From: a virus
Lineage: Duplodnaviria; Caudoviricetes
Virus record (IMG/VR): IMGVR_UViG_3300030376_005037
Span: 1 to 39,575 of that record
Direction: 5' to 3' (one strand)
Length of the DNA: 39,575 nucleotides
The translations under genes were made by a program, and so were the position numbers. Under the pieces are notes generated by a model that worked only from the letters and a program-made list of their open reading frames with translations, was not told the origin of the DNA and ran no database searches. Shown here in pieces: positions 1 through 9,357 of this stretch. The stretch's first letter is position 1. Each line of letters opens with the position of its first letter.

Positions 1-2
1 CA

Positions 3-359
3 GGTGCTAGCTACTCTAATTGGGCAAACCAAGTACAAACAGGTATTACACGTTCAGGTGCAACATTTACAGTTCCTACAGCAGGAAACTATTTAATTAC
101 TTATAGTTTTTATAATTGGATGAATAATACTGGAAAAGGAGCAACTCACGCTGTCTATTTATATAAAGGAAGCACTCTTATTCAAGAAACTGTCGCAGAA
201 TATGATATGGGAGATAATAATTACAGTTACTATGACAATCAGCTTCAAAATTCAATAGTTTTAAACATGGCAGCAGGAGACACATTTTACTTTTTCGCTT
301 CTGCGGATATATATGGTGGTAGTACACATACTAATATGTCGGCGTACTTATTAGGATAA
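3..359 (+). CDS. C-terminal part of a tail fibre / receptor-binding protein with C1q-like domain (5' truncated by window)
   Basis: Frame open from position 3: ...GATFTVPTAGNYLITYSF...IVLNMAAGDTFYF...MSAYLLG matches the C1q-fold pattern. Converges on the replication block as the T5 tail-fibre gene does. Confidence 0.65.
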   Translation, partial: GASYSNWANQVQTGITRSGATFTVPTAGNYLITYSFYNWMNNTGKGATHAVYLYKGSTLIQETVAEYDMGDNNYSYYDNQLQNSIVLNMAAGDTFYFFASADIYGGSTHTNMSAYLLG

Positions 360-381
360 AAAGAAATAAAAGGAGAAAAAA

Positions 382-642
382 ATGGCAAATATAACATTAA
401 CAATTCAAGACCATCAACTAAAAGCTTTGGAAGCAGAGTTTGTAGATGTTGATGCGTTCTTTCAAAACTTTGTAAATCATAGGTATATATTGCAAGAAAA
501 AGAAATATTAGACAAATTAATAGCTCATTGTAATACAAATAGTATTACTATAGCAACTGGAGTAAGTGCTCAAATAGACCAAGCATACTCTTTAAATCTA
601 ATTAGTAAAGCAACAGTAGACGTACCTAAATTTCCAGAGTAA
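382..642 (+). CDS. Hypothetical protein (tail-fibre-associated, possible chaperone)
   Basis: AAGGAG RBS upstream; 86 aa; directly follows the fibre gene. Confidence 0.7.
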   Translation: MANITLTIQDHQLKALEAEFVDVDAFFQNFVNHRYILQEKEILDKLIAHCNTNSITIATGVSAQIDQAYSLNLISKATVDVPKFPE

Positions 643-643
643 T

Positions 644-670
644 AAAAAACCCGCACTAAGCGGGTTTTTC
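644..670. terminator. Bidirectional intrinsic terminator
   Basis: AAAAAACCCGC-ACTAA-GCGGGTTTTT between convergent genes. Confidence 0.9.
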
Positions 671-683
671 GTTTTATAAGCCC

Positions 684-944
684 TTAACCGTCTTCTGTCG
701 GTGTTTCTACCATTTCGGGTTGCTCGACCTCATTCGGGTCTTTATCTATGACTTGCTCGAGTCTACTTGTGTATCCTTCTTTAGCTAACAGTAATCTGTC
801 ATGTGCAATTTTAGCTTGAATTAAATCTTGCTCCAATCCTTGTAACATACTTACTATCACTTTTGCATCGTCATGCAATTCCGAGATAATGTACTTTTTG
901 TCATTAAACATTAATACAGGCTCGTTGTTGGTTACTTCTGTCAT
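684..944 (-). CDS. Hypothetical acidic coiled-coil protein
   Basis: ATGA-type overlap with the nrdB stop; 86 aa. Confidence 0.75.
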   Translation of the reverse strand: MTEVTNNEPVLMFNDKKYIISELHDDAKVIVSMLQGLEQDLIQAKIAHDRLLLAKEGYTSRLEQVIDKDPNEVEQPEMVETPTEDG

Positions 945-1906
945 TTGAATATATCCTGCCAGTTTCCTTGTGTACTAGCCTTAGCATACTCGGTAGCACG
1001 GTTTTCAAAAAAGTTGGTATGCTCAACTGCGTTAACTTGCATATCAATCCATGGTAAAGGGTTCTCATCACTACTATGAAAGATATTCTTCATACCTAAT
1101 CCTAATAATCTTCTATCCGCAATATAACGAATATACTCTTTTACTTCTTCTGCTTTGAGATCTGGAATATCTGCTTTATCAAAACAAATATCAATAAATT
1201 TATCTTCTAGTTCTACTACTCTTTCAGCAGCACAATAGATTTCATACTTTAGTTTATCTGTCCATATCTCTGGATTTTCTGCAATAAAAGTTCTGAAAAG
1301 TTTGGATAAACCTTCTACATGGAGAGACTCATCTCTTATCGACCATGTAACAATCTGTCCCATACCTTTCATCATATTGTGTCTTGGGTAGTTTAATAAT
1401 ATAGCAAAACTACTAAATAATTGCACTCCCTCGGTAAACCCACTATATACAGCCATTGTTTTAGCCATTTCATGTGGAGTTTCCATATTGAAGTCAGTAA
1501 GATAATCATGTTTTTCTGACATAGCTTGTATATCAAAAAATTCTTGGTACATATCATCTGACTTTCCTAATGTTTCTAAGAGTAAAGAATACGCTTCTTG
1601 ATGCACTGCTTCCATTGCAGCATAACTTACTAGCATCATTCTTATCTCTGGTTGTTTGAATGTGGGCAGATAGTGTTTAGCATATCCACAGCACACATCA
1701 ACATCAGCTTGAGTAAAAAACTTAAATATATTATCTATAAGTGTTCTCTCACCCTCTGATAGTTTTTCTCTATAATCTTTTATATCATCTTGAAGGGGTA
1801 CCTCTTCAGGTAGCCAATGCATTTGTTGTTGTTTCTTATAAAACTCAAATGCCCAAGGGTATACAAAAGGTTTATAATATTCTCTTTCTTCTAATAGTTG
1901 GCTCAT
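941..1906 (-). CDS. nrdB: Ribonucleotide reductase class Ia beta subunit
   Basis: HWLPEEV, FFTQADVDV, EAVHQEAYS (radical Tyr), EGVQLFSSF, RDESLH, NFFENRATEY motifs. Confidence 0.97.
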   Translation of the reverse strand: MSQLLEEREYYKPFVYPWAFEFYKKQQQMHWLPEEVPLQDDIKDYREKLSEGERTLIDNIFKFFTQADVDVCCGYAKHYLPTFKQPEIRMMLVSYAAMEAVHQEAYSLLLETLGKSDDMYQEFFDIQAMSEKHDYLTDFNMETPHEMAKTMAVYSGFTEGVQLFSSFAILLNYPRHNMMKGMGQIVTWSIRDESLHVEGLSKLFRTFIAENPEIWTDKLKYEIYCAAERVVELEDKFIDICFDKADIPDLKAEEVKEYIRYIADRRLLGLGMKNIFHSSDENPLPWIDMQVNAVEHTNFFENRATEYAKASTQGNWQDIFK

Positions 1907-1907
1907 A

Positions 1908-3674
1908 TTATCCCTCGCAACTTAAACAATCCTCTTGTTCAAAGATTATTTCTCTCTTTACCTGAGAAGATACATTATCAGCACGACTGATAGCTTCACT
2001 TCTTAGATAGTATAATGTTTTTAAATTTTTAGCCCATGCTAACATATGCACATTGTGTAGGTCACCTTTATTTACATCTGGTGGGAAAAACAAGTTTACA
2101 CTTTGAGACTGACAAATAAATTCTTGTCTCATAGATGCGTGTTCTACAATCCAAGACTGGTTTATTTCTACAGCAGTCTTAAATACCTCTTTTTCGTGTG
2201 GAGTAAGCATATTAAGATGCTGCACACTACCTTTATTTGCAACTATACTTTTCCAAGTATCATCATCATTTGAATTATACTCATTTAGTACTTTTTCTAG
2301 ATACTTATTTTTATGTAAATGAGACCCAGATTTTGTTTTCTGTGTATAAGCATTTGCTCTAAAAGGTTCTATACTAGGTGATGTATTACCACATATAATA
2401 GAACTACTTGCATTTGGAGCAATTGCTAATAGATGTGCATTTCTTACTTCACAAGAATCATCATCAGGACAAGCGCCTCTTTCTACTGCAAGTTTATGTG
2501 TAGTTTCTACTGCTCTTTCTTTGATATGCTTAAACATTTTCATGTTCATTGCTGTTGCATACATACCTTCAAAAGACAAGTTTTGTTTCTGCAAGTACGC
2601 ATGGAATCCCATAGCACCTAGTCCAATACTTCTTTCTCTCATAGCACTAAATTTAGCTTTTTCTAAGGAGTCGGGAGCATCTTTTATAAATACTGTGAGA
2701 ACATTGTCTAACATTCGTACTAAATCTGGTATAAATGCTGGTATCTTAGACCATTCATCAAAGTGTTCCAGATTTACACTAGATAAACAACATACTGCTG
2801 TTCTTTCTTCGTCTGTTGCAAGAGTAATTTCTGAGCAAAGATTGCTGTGATTAACTCTTAGTCCTTTTTTCTTTTGAAAGTCTGGTAATGCCTCTTGTAC
2901 TGCATCTTCAAACATAAGATAAGGCTCTCCTGTTTCCATACGATTTTGTAGTAGTTTTACCCACAATGTTCGTGCAGATACTACTTTTTTAACTTGCTGA
3001 GTATGAGGATCAATAAGTTCCCAATCATCATTAAAATTTGGTTCTTTTGTAGCCTTATATATTATCTCCATAAAGCTATCTGGTATAACTACTCCATGAT
3101 GTAAGTTTGTACACTTACGGTTAACATCTCCACCAGTAGGCTTACGAATGTCTAAAAATTCTTCTATTTCAGGGTGACTCATATGTAAGTATGAAGCATA
3201 GCTTCCTCTACGAGTTACGCCTTGTGAAAAAGCAAGCATTTCTGCATCTACTACTTTCATAAAAGGTATAACTCCTGTACTTTCAGAGCCTTTTGATGTT
3301 TTTGTACCCTGAGCTCTTACAGAACTCCATGTACCACCAATACCACCACCAAAAGAAGATAAGTATGCATTTTCTGTATAATGCTCTGTAATACCTTCTC
3401 TGCTGTCATCTACATAATTTAGAAAACAACTAATGGGTAAACCTCTTTGTGTGCCACCGTTTGATAATAATGGTGTGGCAAACATAAACCATTGCTTACT
3501 AACATAGTCATACAATCTTTGTGCATGAGCTTCATCATCAGCAAAAGCTATTGCAGCTCGTGCAAAAGCTTCTTGTGGTGATTTTTCGTCACCCACCATA
3601 TATCTTTCTTCTAAAGTTCTCAAACTGAACTCGTCCAGCAAAGAATCCTTGCTGTAATCAATCTCTAACTTCAT
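1908..3674 (-). CDS. nrdA: Ribonucleotide reductase class I alpha subunit (no ATP cone)
   Basis: ISCFL, SNLCSEI, VCCLSS, APNASSS, KTLYYLR motifs and C-terminal CLSC. Confidence 0.97.
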   Translation of the reverse strand: MKLEIDYSKDSLLDEFSLRTLEERYMVGDEKSPQEAFARAAIAFADDEAHAQRLYDYVSKQWFMFATPLLSNGGTQRGLPISCFLNYVDDSREGITEHYTENAYLSSFGGGIGGTWSSVRAQGTKTSKGSESTGVIPFMKVVDAEMLAFSQGVTRRGSYASYLHMSHPEIEEFLDIRKPTGGDVNRKCTNLHHGVVIPDSFMEIIYKATKEPNFNDDWELIDPHTQQVKKVVSARTLWVKLLQNRMETGEPYLMFEDAVQEALPDFQKKKGLRVNHSNLCSEITLATDEERTAVCCLSSVNLEHFDEWSKIPAFIPDLVRMLDNVLTVFIKDAPDSLEKAKFSAMRERSIGLGAMGFHAYLQKQNLSFEGMYATAMNMKMFKHIKERAVETTHKLAVERGACPDDDSCEVRNAHLLAIAPNASSSIICGNTSPSIEPFRANAYTQKTKSGSHLHKNKYLEKVLNEYNSNDDDTWKSIVANKGSVQHLNMLTPHEKEVFKTAVEINQSWIVEHASMRQEFICQSQSVNLFFPPDVNKGDLHNVHMLAWAKNLKTLYYLRSEAISRADNVSSQVKREIIFEQEDCLSCEG

Positions 3675-4521
3675 TTAAATACTCCTGTATTTGTGAGGAC
3701 AAGTCCTCTAAATCCATGTCTGCTTCGATTAGTGCTTGTTCTGAATAACTTTCTAAATCCATAAGTTCAGCATTAAGTAATAATCTGTCTGCGTTTTCAT
3801 TTAGAGACTGTATAAATTTATACTTACTGTCTATCGGACAAGCATTGTATATATCAAATAAGTCTCCATACTGTTCAATTAATGATACAGCTCTCTTTGG
3901 GCCAATACCAGCTATACCAGGAACATTATCTCCTGTATCGCCTGCAAGACATTTGAGCGTTAGATATTTATCTGGCTCAACATCATAATGGTCGTCCCAA
4001 TTATCAGTAGTAATCTCTTTACGAGTTACTGTACTAAATCGAGATACTTTGTCTGATATAAGTAAGTCCCAGTCTTTATCCGAAGATATCAACCAAATCT
4101 CATCTATACCAAAGTCCTCTCGTTTTCCAACTATCCAGGCTGCTAAATCATCAGCTTCTAGCCCATCTTGTCGGACTGTCATATGCCCTCTACTTTTTAA
4201 TTGTGTAAAGGCATTACTAAACTCGCCCATAAATTGAGCAAATTCTGCTTTTTCTTGTTCGGTTTGCTCCGCATATTTGTCTTTCCGATTTGCCTTGTAA
4301 TCGGGGTATATATTCTTTCTGTAGGTACTGCCACCATCAGCAAGTATTATAATGTTTCCACAGTTATAAGACTTTGCTAGACTTTCTACGGTTCTTACAT
4401 AGTCATGTTTGAATTCAAGTTGTCGTGAGTGTTTCCACCGAAACGCAACATTTAATCCATCAACTATTAGTAAGTTCCCATTCTGGATCTGGTTCCCAAG
4501 GCTTGAGAAGGTTATTGCCAT
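3658..4521 (-). CDS. 5'-3' exonuclease / flap endonuclease (T5 D15-like)
   Basis: LIVDG, YPDYKANR, EADD, SSDKD, GDTGDNVPGIAGIGPKRA motifs. Confidence 0.95.
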   Translation of the reverse strand: MAITFSSLGNQIQNGNLLIVDGLNVAFRWKHSRQLEFKHDYVRTVESLAKSYNCGNIIILADGGSTYRKNIYPDYKANRKDKYAEQTEQEKAEFAQFMGEFSNAFTQLKSRGHMTVRQDGLEADDLAAWIVGKREDFGIDEIWLISSDKDWDLLISDKVSRFSTVTRKEITTDNWDDHYDVEPDKYLTLKCLAGDTGDNVPGIAGIGPKRAVSLIEQYGDLFDIYNACPIDSKYKFIQSLNENADRLLLNAELMDLESYSEQALIEADMDLEDLSSQIQEYLNEVRD

Positions 4522-4951
4522 TTGTAAATTCTATCCTTTCATTTTCTAGCCACTTTTCCGCGTTCATAATATATGCACCGAGCCAGTTTATGTACATATA
4601 TCTTTTTTCTTTTATCGGTTCTCTTGTTGTTGCAACATACCAATTTGCGTAATTCTGTTTCATAAATAACAGAGGCTCTTGTTCCATTAACTGAGCCTGA
4701 TCTATTGCTTTATTCCACCACACTACAAAATTATTACTTTTTTGAGTAAATATTTTATGTGAGAAACCCATATCCTTATAGTGTTTTACTTCTATAAGGA
4801 ATAGGTTATGTTTATGTTCTACATACAAATCTCCCTTTATTTTACCACTACCACTTCCAGGTGTTTGAATAAAATCTAGGTTAGTATGTCTCTTGAGCAT
4901 CGCTGCTACTTCTTTCTCTGCTTTTGTTCCTTTTTGTCTTGCGTTTACCAT
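4460..4951 (-). CDS. T5 D14-like PD-(D/E)xK endonuclease / Holliday junction resolvase
   Basis: RQKG..AE, TPGSG, GD...IEVKH motifs; lies between D13 and D15. Confidence 0.85.
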   Translation of the reverse strand: MVNARQKGTKAEKEVAAMLKRHTNLDFIQTPGSGSGKIKGDLYVEHKHNLFLIEVKHYKDMGFSHKIFTQKSNNFVVWWNKAIDQAQLMEQEPLLFMKQNYANWYVATTREPIKEKRYMYINWLGAYIMNAEKWLENERIEFTNGNNLLKPWEPDPEWELTNS

Positions 4952-5039
4952 ATTGTTTACAATGTTTACATCTAATACCCACAGGTATATAGATTGTACG
5001 GTTAAGGACAGGGCACTCGTGTAGCACGAATGTGTCCAC
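4881..5039 (-). CDS. Possible small Cys/His protein
   Basis: GTG overlaps the D13 TAG stop; reads (M)DTFVLHECPVLNRTIYIPVGIRCKHCKQ..; fills the D13-D14 gap but overlaps D14. Confidence 0.35.
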   Translation of the reverse strand: MDTFVLHECPVLNRTIYIPVGIRCKHCKQYGKRKTKRNKSRERSSSDAQETY

Positions 5040-6829
5040 TATTCCAGTCTGCTTATATTGTCCTCTTTTATAACTTCTATTTTTGCTAGAAGTGGGTGAG
5101 TCCAACCGTGAGAAACTAAATAAGTATTCAGCTCTTCTCCGAGTAATATCTCTACTAGCTTTTCTTTTCCTTCTTCGTCAAGTACACTTATTATCTCATC
5201 GAGAAATAGTGTGTTGATACGAGAACTCGAAATGCTACTCATTAGCTTTCGTATTGCTAGTAGTGTCGCAGTATTTACTCTTGCAAGTTCACCACTTGAA
5301 AGTGCTAGAATATCTACTACTTTTGCGTTATCTGTAATCTCTACATTTAACTTGTCGTTTGTAACTACAAACTCTAAACTGAATCTACCTGCAGAAAGTT
5401 CCGCAAGGTAGTCGTTTGTTATTTCTTCTAGGTCTTTTACTAGATTTTCAATCTTATAGGCTAACAATCCGTTTGTGGAGAAAGCTTTCTTAAGTATCTC
5501 TAAGTGTGTTGCTTTCTCTTCAACTTGACCCAAGGCCGCGACAATTTCTTCCAGTTCTTTCTCGAAACCCTCCGTTTGTTCTTGTATGATTGAGAGGCGA
5601 GTATTATGGCGTTCTGCCATCATATTCTCATTGCTCACTCTTTCTATATCAGAACGAATATCGAGTATCTTGGAAGTAAGTTCGTCGATTTGGGAAGATA
5701 TTTCTTCTCCGTCCAAAATTGTGGAAGGCAAAGAACTGTCCCAATCTCGAATACAACTTTCGTACTCTCGCTGTTGGTTGTTTCGAATTATAACTTTTTT
5801 GTTATTTTCATTACCTCTTTCAAGTTCTTCTTCAATATCTTCTTCCGTATCTACGCCATGTGTAATAGTTCGCACATAGCCCATTCGAAGTTCTTCCATC
5901 TTGTCCCAATCTATTTCCTGTTCGCAAGTAGGACACACTCCTTCAAGTTCCGAGATTTTATCCAAGTGCGCTTGAGCATCAGACATTTGGGCACGAATAG
6001 TGCCAAGTTTCTGCAGCTTAGCGTCAAGGTTAATCTCCTCTCCCTTATAGAGCCTGTGTTCACTTTTTTCCAGTTCGTCAAGTTGTTCTTTGATAAAATT
6101 ATTATCTATAATTTTTTTATTTTTTTCAGAGATTTTTTCAAAATCGCTTCGTAATCTCTGTAAATCTTCTTCGTCTTTTTCCGAGTATTTTGGCAGATTT
6201 AATATAGGAAGTATGTCTATACTCTCCAATTTATTTTCTTCTAACCATTTTACTATTGTGTCAGATTTACTGTTGAGGCTATTGACTTCAAATGAAATCT
6301 CTCTTGCAGCTTCCTTGAATATTTCAAAGAACTCTACATATTCTTCTAGCTTTAAAAGATCAATTAGAAACTTTTTTCTGTTTGTATCTGTCGCAGTTAG
6401 AAACTGTAATGATGTATTCGTGTTCTGATACACGAGTTGGGTAAAAGTCTTAAAATCTAAACCAAGTACTTCTTGTACTGTTTTGTAAGTATTTGTAGCT
6501 GTGTGGCTAGAAATATCATCACCATTTTTATAAAGTTTACATTTTATACTTGCCTTACGAGTTACATCAATCTCGTACTCATCTTCATCGACTGAGAATG
6601 TTATGTTTATCCAGTAACCTTGGTTTATGAACCTGTTTTGGATTTCTTGTTTCTTAATACCTTTTGAGTTCTTATTAAATAGTACCTCTTCGATAATAAG
6701 TGGAATGGAAGACTTACCTTGTCCATTTGTGCCAACGAGTTGGGTAAGGTTACTATCATTAAGGTTAAGAGTGTTGTCTTTACCATAACTAAAACAATTA
6801 TCCCAGCTGAGCGTCTTTAGAGTAATCAT
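5039..6829 (-). CDS. SbcC/Rad50-like ATPase (T5 D13-like)
   Basis: Walker A GTNGQGKSS, CPTC zinc hook, LSSGE signature, LFLDE Walker B. Confidence 0.95.
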   Translation of the reverse strand: MITLKTLSWDNCFSYGKDNTLNLNDSNLTQLVGTNGQGKSSIPLIIEEVLFNKNSKGIKKQEIQNRFINQGYWINITFSVDEDEYEIDVTRKASIKCKLYKNGDDISSHTATNTYKTVQEVLGLDFKTFTQLVYQNTNTSLQFLTATDTNRKKFLIDLLKLEEYVEFFEIFKEAAREISFEVNSLNSKSDTIVKWLEENKLESIDILPILNLPKYSEKDEEDLQRLRSDFEKISEKNKKIIDNNFIKEQLDELEKSEHRLYKGEEINLDAKLQKLGTIRAQMSDAQAHLDKISELEGVCPTCEQEIDWDKMEELRMGYVRTITHGVDTEEDIEEELERGNENNKKVIIRNNQQREYESCIRDWDSSLPSTILDGEEISSQIDELTSKILDIRSDIERVSNENMMAERHNTRLSIIQEQTEGFEKELEEIVAALGQVEEKATHLEILKKAFSTNGLLAYKIENLVKDLEEITNDYLAELSAGRFSLEFVVTNDKLNVEITDNAKVVDILALSSGELARVNTATLLAIRKLMSSISSSRINTLFLDEIISVLDEEGKEKLVEILLGEELNTYLVSHGWTHPLLAKIEVIKEDNISRLE

Positions 6830-7745
6830 TAAACACCCCCATAATTTGTTTTACTTTGTCATCTGTTAAATTAAGTATAGCACTCATGTACTCTACCAGT
6901 TCTTCCTCTATAGTTAGATTCTTGAGGTTAAGAGTAGCCTCCGAGCTTCTCTTGACTACTTTCTTGTCGAGAAGCTCAGAGTTTTTAACATTTGCTAAAT
7001 CAGCTACGTCTCCTTCAATCTCATAAATAGTGTGATGAAACATGGTGGGTTGCATATCGTTTTCGTTATCAACAGTTTTCCGAAGAAGCTGTGGTAAAGT
7101 GAACTCGCCCCATTCCCATGTGTTGTCGTCATTAATTAAAAGATATCCTGTTTTGACAATATCTCTGTGAAAAGATGTTGTCATAGGAGAGCCTGGATAT
7201 ACAATGTTTCTCTGCGTATTGGAGTGGCTATGTAAGTCACCTGCAAAAACTACAGGAAAGTCATTGAACCTATCAAGGTCAACCTCAGGAGTCACATGAG
7301 GGGGTATTTCACCCCTTACATGTGTGTATAAAGGTTTGTCAAAATTGCACTTTTCTATAAAACCTTTTCTATGCAAATCTGCATAAGGTAGAATAGTTCC
7401 CCATTCATATTCTTTGGTTTCATCTACAATTTCAACAAGAGGGTTTACATCAGATGTGGCTCTCTTTAAATTAGAGAAAAAAGTTTTGTTCTTTTTAGTT
7501 GCTTCATGATTACCATCATAAATGATAGTTGGAACTTTTATATCTTTAATAAAATCAAAATATAAAGTAAGTTCGTCCATTGAAGGAACTCTGTCAAATA
7601 AATCTCCACCTATAATATGCAAGTCAACAGTTTCTTCTAAGTCATAAATGGCTTCGAAGAACATTTTGTATCGTGAGCACGCCCAAGGTAGAGGTACATT
7701 TTTTTGACCAAGTTTTATATGCCAGTCTGCTGTAAATAGGATCAT
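6798..7745 (-). CDS. SbcD/Mre11-like nuclease (T5 D12-like)
   Basis: ADWH, GDLFD, GNHE, GDLH, YPGSP metallophosphoesterase motifs; start taken at MILFT. Confidence 0.95.
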   Translation of the reverse strand: MILFTADWHIKLGQKNVPLPWACSRYKMFFEAIYDLEETVDLHIIGGDLFDRVPSMDELTLYFDFIKDIKVPTIIYDGNHEATKKNKTFFSNLKRATSDVNPLVEIVDETKEYEWGTILPYADLHRKGFIEKCNFDKPLYTHVRGEIPPHVTPEVDLDRFNDFPVVFAGDLHSHSNTQRNIVYPGSPMTTSFHRDIVKTGYLLINDDNTWEWGEFTLPQLLRKTVDNENDMQPTMFHHTIYEIEGDVADLANVKNSELLDKKVVKRSSEATLNLKNLTIEEELVEYMSAILNLTDDKVKQIMGVFNDYSKDAQLG

Positions 7746-8263
7746 GCTACGAAGCTTTCTCCCGGCTGCCATTCGCAACCTGTCAATCCACCAGCTTTGA
7801 TTGCCTGTAGTGTTCTAAGAACTTCTTGAGCATTTCTGCCTGTGTCAAGAGTGTTTACACTTACATGCTGTACTATATCATTTCTATCTATGATATAAGT
7901 AGCTCTGTAACAAACACCCTCTGCTTCATCAACTATTCCTAGTTTAGAAGCTAAGCCTAGTCCACAGTCTGCTGCTAGTGAGTGATTAATATTTTCAATA
8001 AGATGGTTAGACTGTTTCCATGCAAGTTTACAGAACTCATTATCACCGCTTATACCTACTACATTAGCATCATCTACTAATATATCCATTCCCAATATTT
8101 CTGTTGGGCAAATAAAAGTAAAATCTTTTGGATAAAAATAAACAACTGTATAGTCATGTTTTAACGGGTCATAGTGTTCAGTAACTGAAACATCTACAAA
8201 CTCATTGTCTGGGTTTACACCTTTCAAAGTAAACCCAGGAAACTTTTCTCCTACTCCTATCAT
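7742..8263 (-). CDS. ahpC: 2-Cys peroxiredoxin (AhpC/TSA)
   Basis: FYPKDFTFICPTE and GRN..EVLR motifs, C-terminal CEWQPG. Confidence 0.93.
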   Translation of the reverse strand: MIGVGEKFPGFTLKGVNPDNEFVDVSVTEHYDPLKHDYTVVYFYPKDFTFICPTEILGMDILVDDANVVGISGDNEFCKLAWKQSNHLIENINHSLAADCGLGLASKLGIVDEAEGVCYRATYIIDRNDIVQHVSVNTLDTGRNAQEVLRTLQAIKAGGLTGCEWQPGESFVA

Positions 8264-8272
8264 TATAATCTC

Positions 8273-8908
8273 CTAGGATATTGAGAACTCATCGTCTACA
8301 TCTGAAGGTGCTTCTGCTCCATCAGCTGGCTGAGTTACTCTTTGTAGAAGCTCTAATTGAGCATCTGGGGTTGGTCTTGCAAGGACGTCGTCCATTGAAC
8401 GCAGGTCAGCAATTGCTTCTTTTTCTGCATCATTCAATGGTCTTGGTTTGCACTTAAGTGCTTGAAGTCTGTACTCTACATTAAATGCCATAGGCCCAGT
8501 TTTAACTCTTTGGAAGTGAACGTCCCAACCTGTTTCGGGGTCGGTAGGATCGCCTAAATCTTCAGCGGCAACCATTATTTGTTCCATGAGTTTCTTCTTT
8601 AGATTAACAACTTTTACATTGCCATCTGCTGGGTCAATAGCTTGAATTGCATATGCCCAACCACACTTTAAGTCAGGAAAAAATTCTCTTACAAAATCTT
8701 TTTCCTTGTTGTTGAATGTTTCTGTGTCTCTGTCGAAAGCAAGACATTCCATAGGAATATTCTTACCGTTTTCGCCTTTGATCCAGTATACATATCTTGG
8801 TAATATATCACCTACTAGACGGAAGATGTTATCTCCTTCTTTGTATTGATATTGATCGATTGAGGACTTTTTAGCTGCCCCCGAAGCTTGATTAAATTTT
8901 AATGCCAT
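8273..8908 (-). CDS. T5 D11-like ssDNA-binding protein
   Basis: RLVGDILPRYVYW and LGDPTDPETGWD motifs, acidic tail ending DDEFSIS, GGAG RBS, synteny. Confidence 0.85.
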   Translation of the reverse strand: MALKFNQASGAAKKSSIDQYQYKEGDNIFRLVGDILPRYVYWIKGENGKNIPMECLAFDRDTETFNNKEKDFVREFFPDLKCGWAYAIQAIDPADGNVKVVNLKKKLMEQIMVAAEDLGDPTDPETGWDVHFQRVKTGPMAFNVEYRLQALKCKPRPLNDAEKEAIADLRSMDDVLARPTPDAQLELLQRVTQPADGAEAPSDVDDEFSIS

Positions 8909-9306
8909 TATGTTCTCCAATTAGCGTTATCTTCAAATAAAAAATGTACTAGACCATTCTCTATTCGAAGCAATCTGTTGCGATTTACTATCGTTTCATT
9001 GACAGGTAGATGTATCAACTCTAGTGTTGTCTGCCCTGTTCTTTTATAATCGAAATAATTACGGTACGAAGCAACTGCCACATATTCGGCAGCTTCCTTG
9101 TTGCTGTAATATCTTCGTTCAGCCAGAAGCTGTCTCGGATTTAGCAGAAAGCTCTGCCCGAGAAAACTTTTCCCAAAATACTTATAGGTTTTGTCTTTAC
9201 GACTGGCTGGAATTCTCTTGTAAGTTAAGAGGTGGATAATAGTGAGAATTGAAACACTATCGCCTTTCGCTTCTCTATTTATCTTTTCCCAATTATATTT
9301 TATCAT
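8908..9306 (-). CDS. Conserved T5-like hypothetical protein between D10 and D11
   Basis: SFLLNP and YVAVASYRNY motifs; synteny. Confidence 0.75.
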   Translation of the reverse strand: MIKYNWEKINREAKGDSVSILTIIHLLTYKRIPASRKDKTYKYFGKSFLGQSFLLNPRQLLAERRYYSNKEAAEYVAVASYRNYFDYKRTGQTTLELIHLPVNETIVNRNRLLRIENGLVHFLFEDNANWRT

Positions 9307-9308
9307 AT

Positions 9309-9337
9309 ATTATAACAAATTTTGAAACTCTTGTCAA
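9309..9337 (-). promoter_or_regulatory. Sigma70 promoter
   Basis: TTGACA-17-TATAAT. Confidence 0.85.
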
Positions 9338-9357
9338 GACATATTTTTCGGAGGTGT

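Noticed and set aside
5520-6200. Apparent codon/CpG shift in the D13 coiled coil suggesting an intein or insertion
   Set aside because: The protein has normal length and a CPTC hook, with no intein motifs; the shift cannot be quantified by eye.
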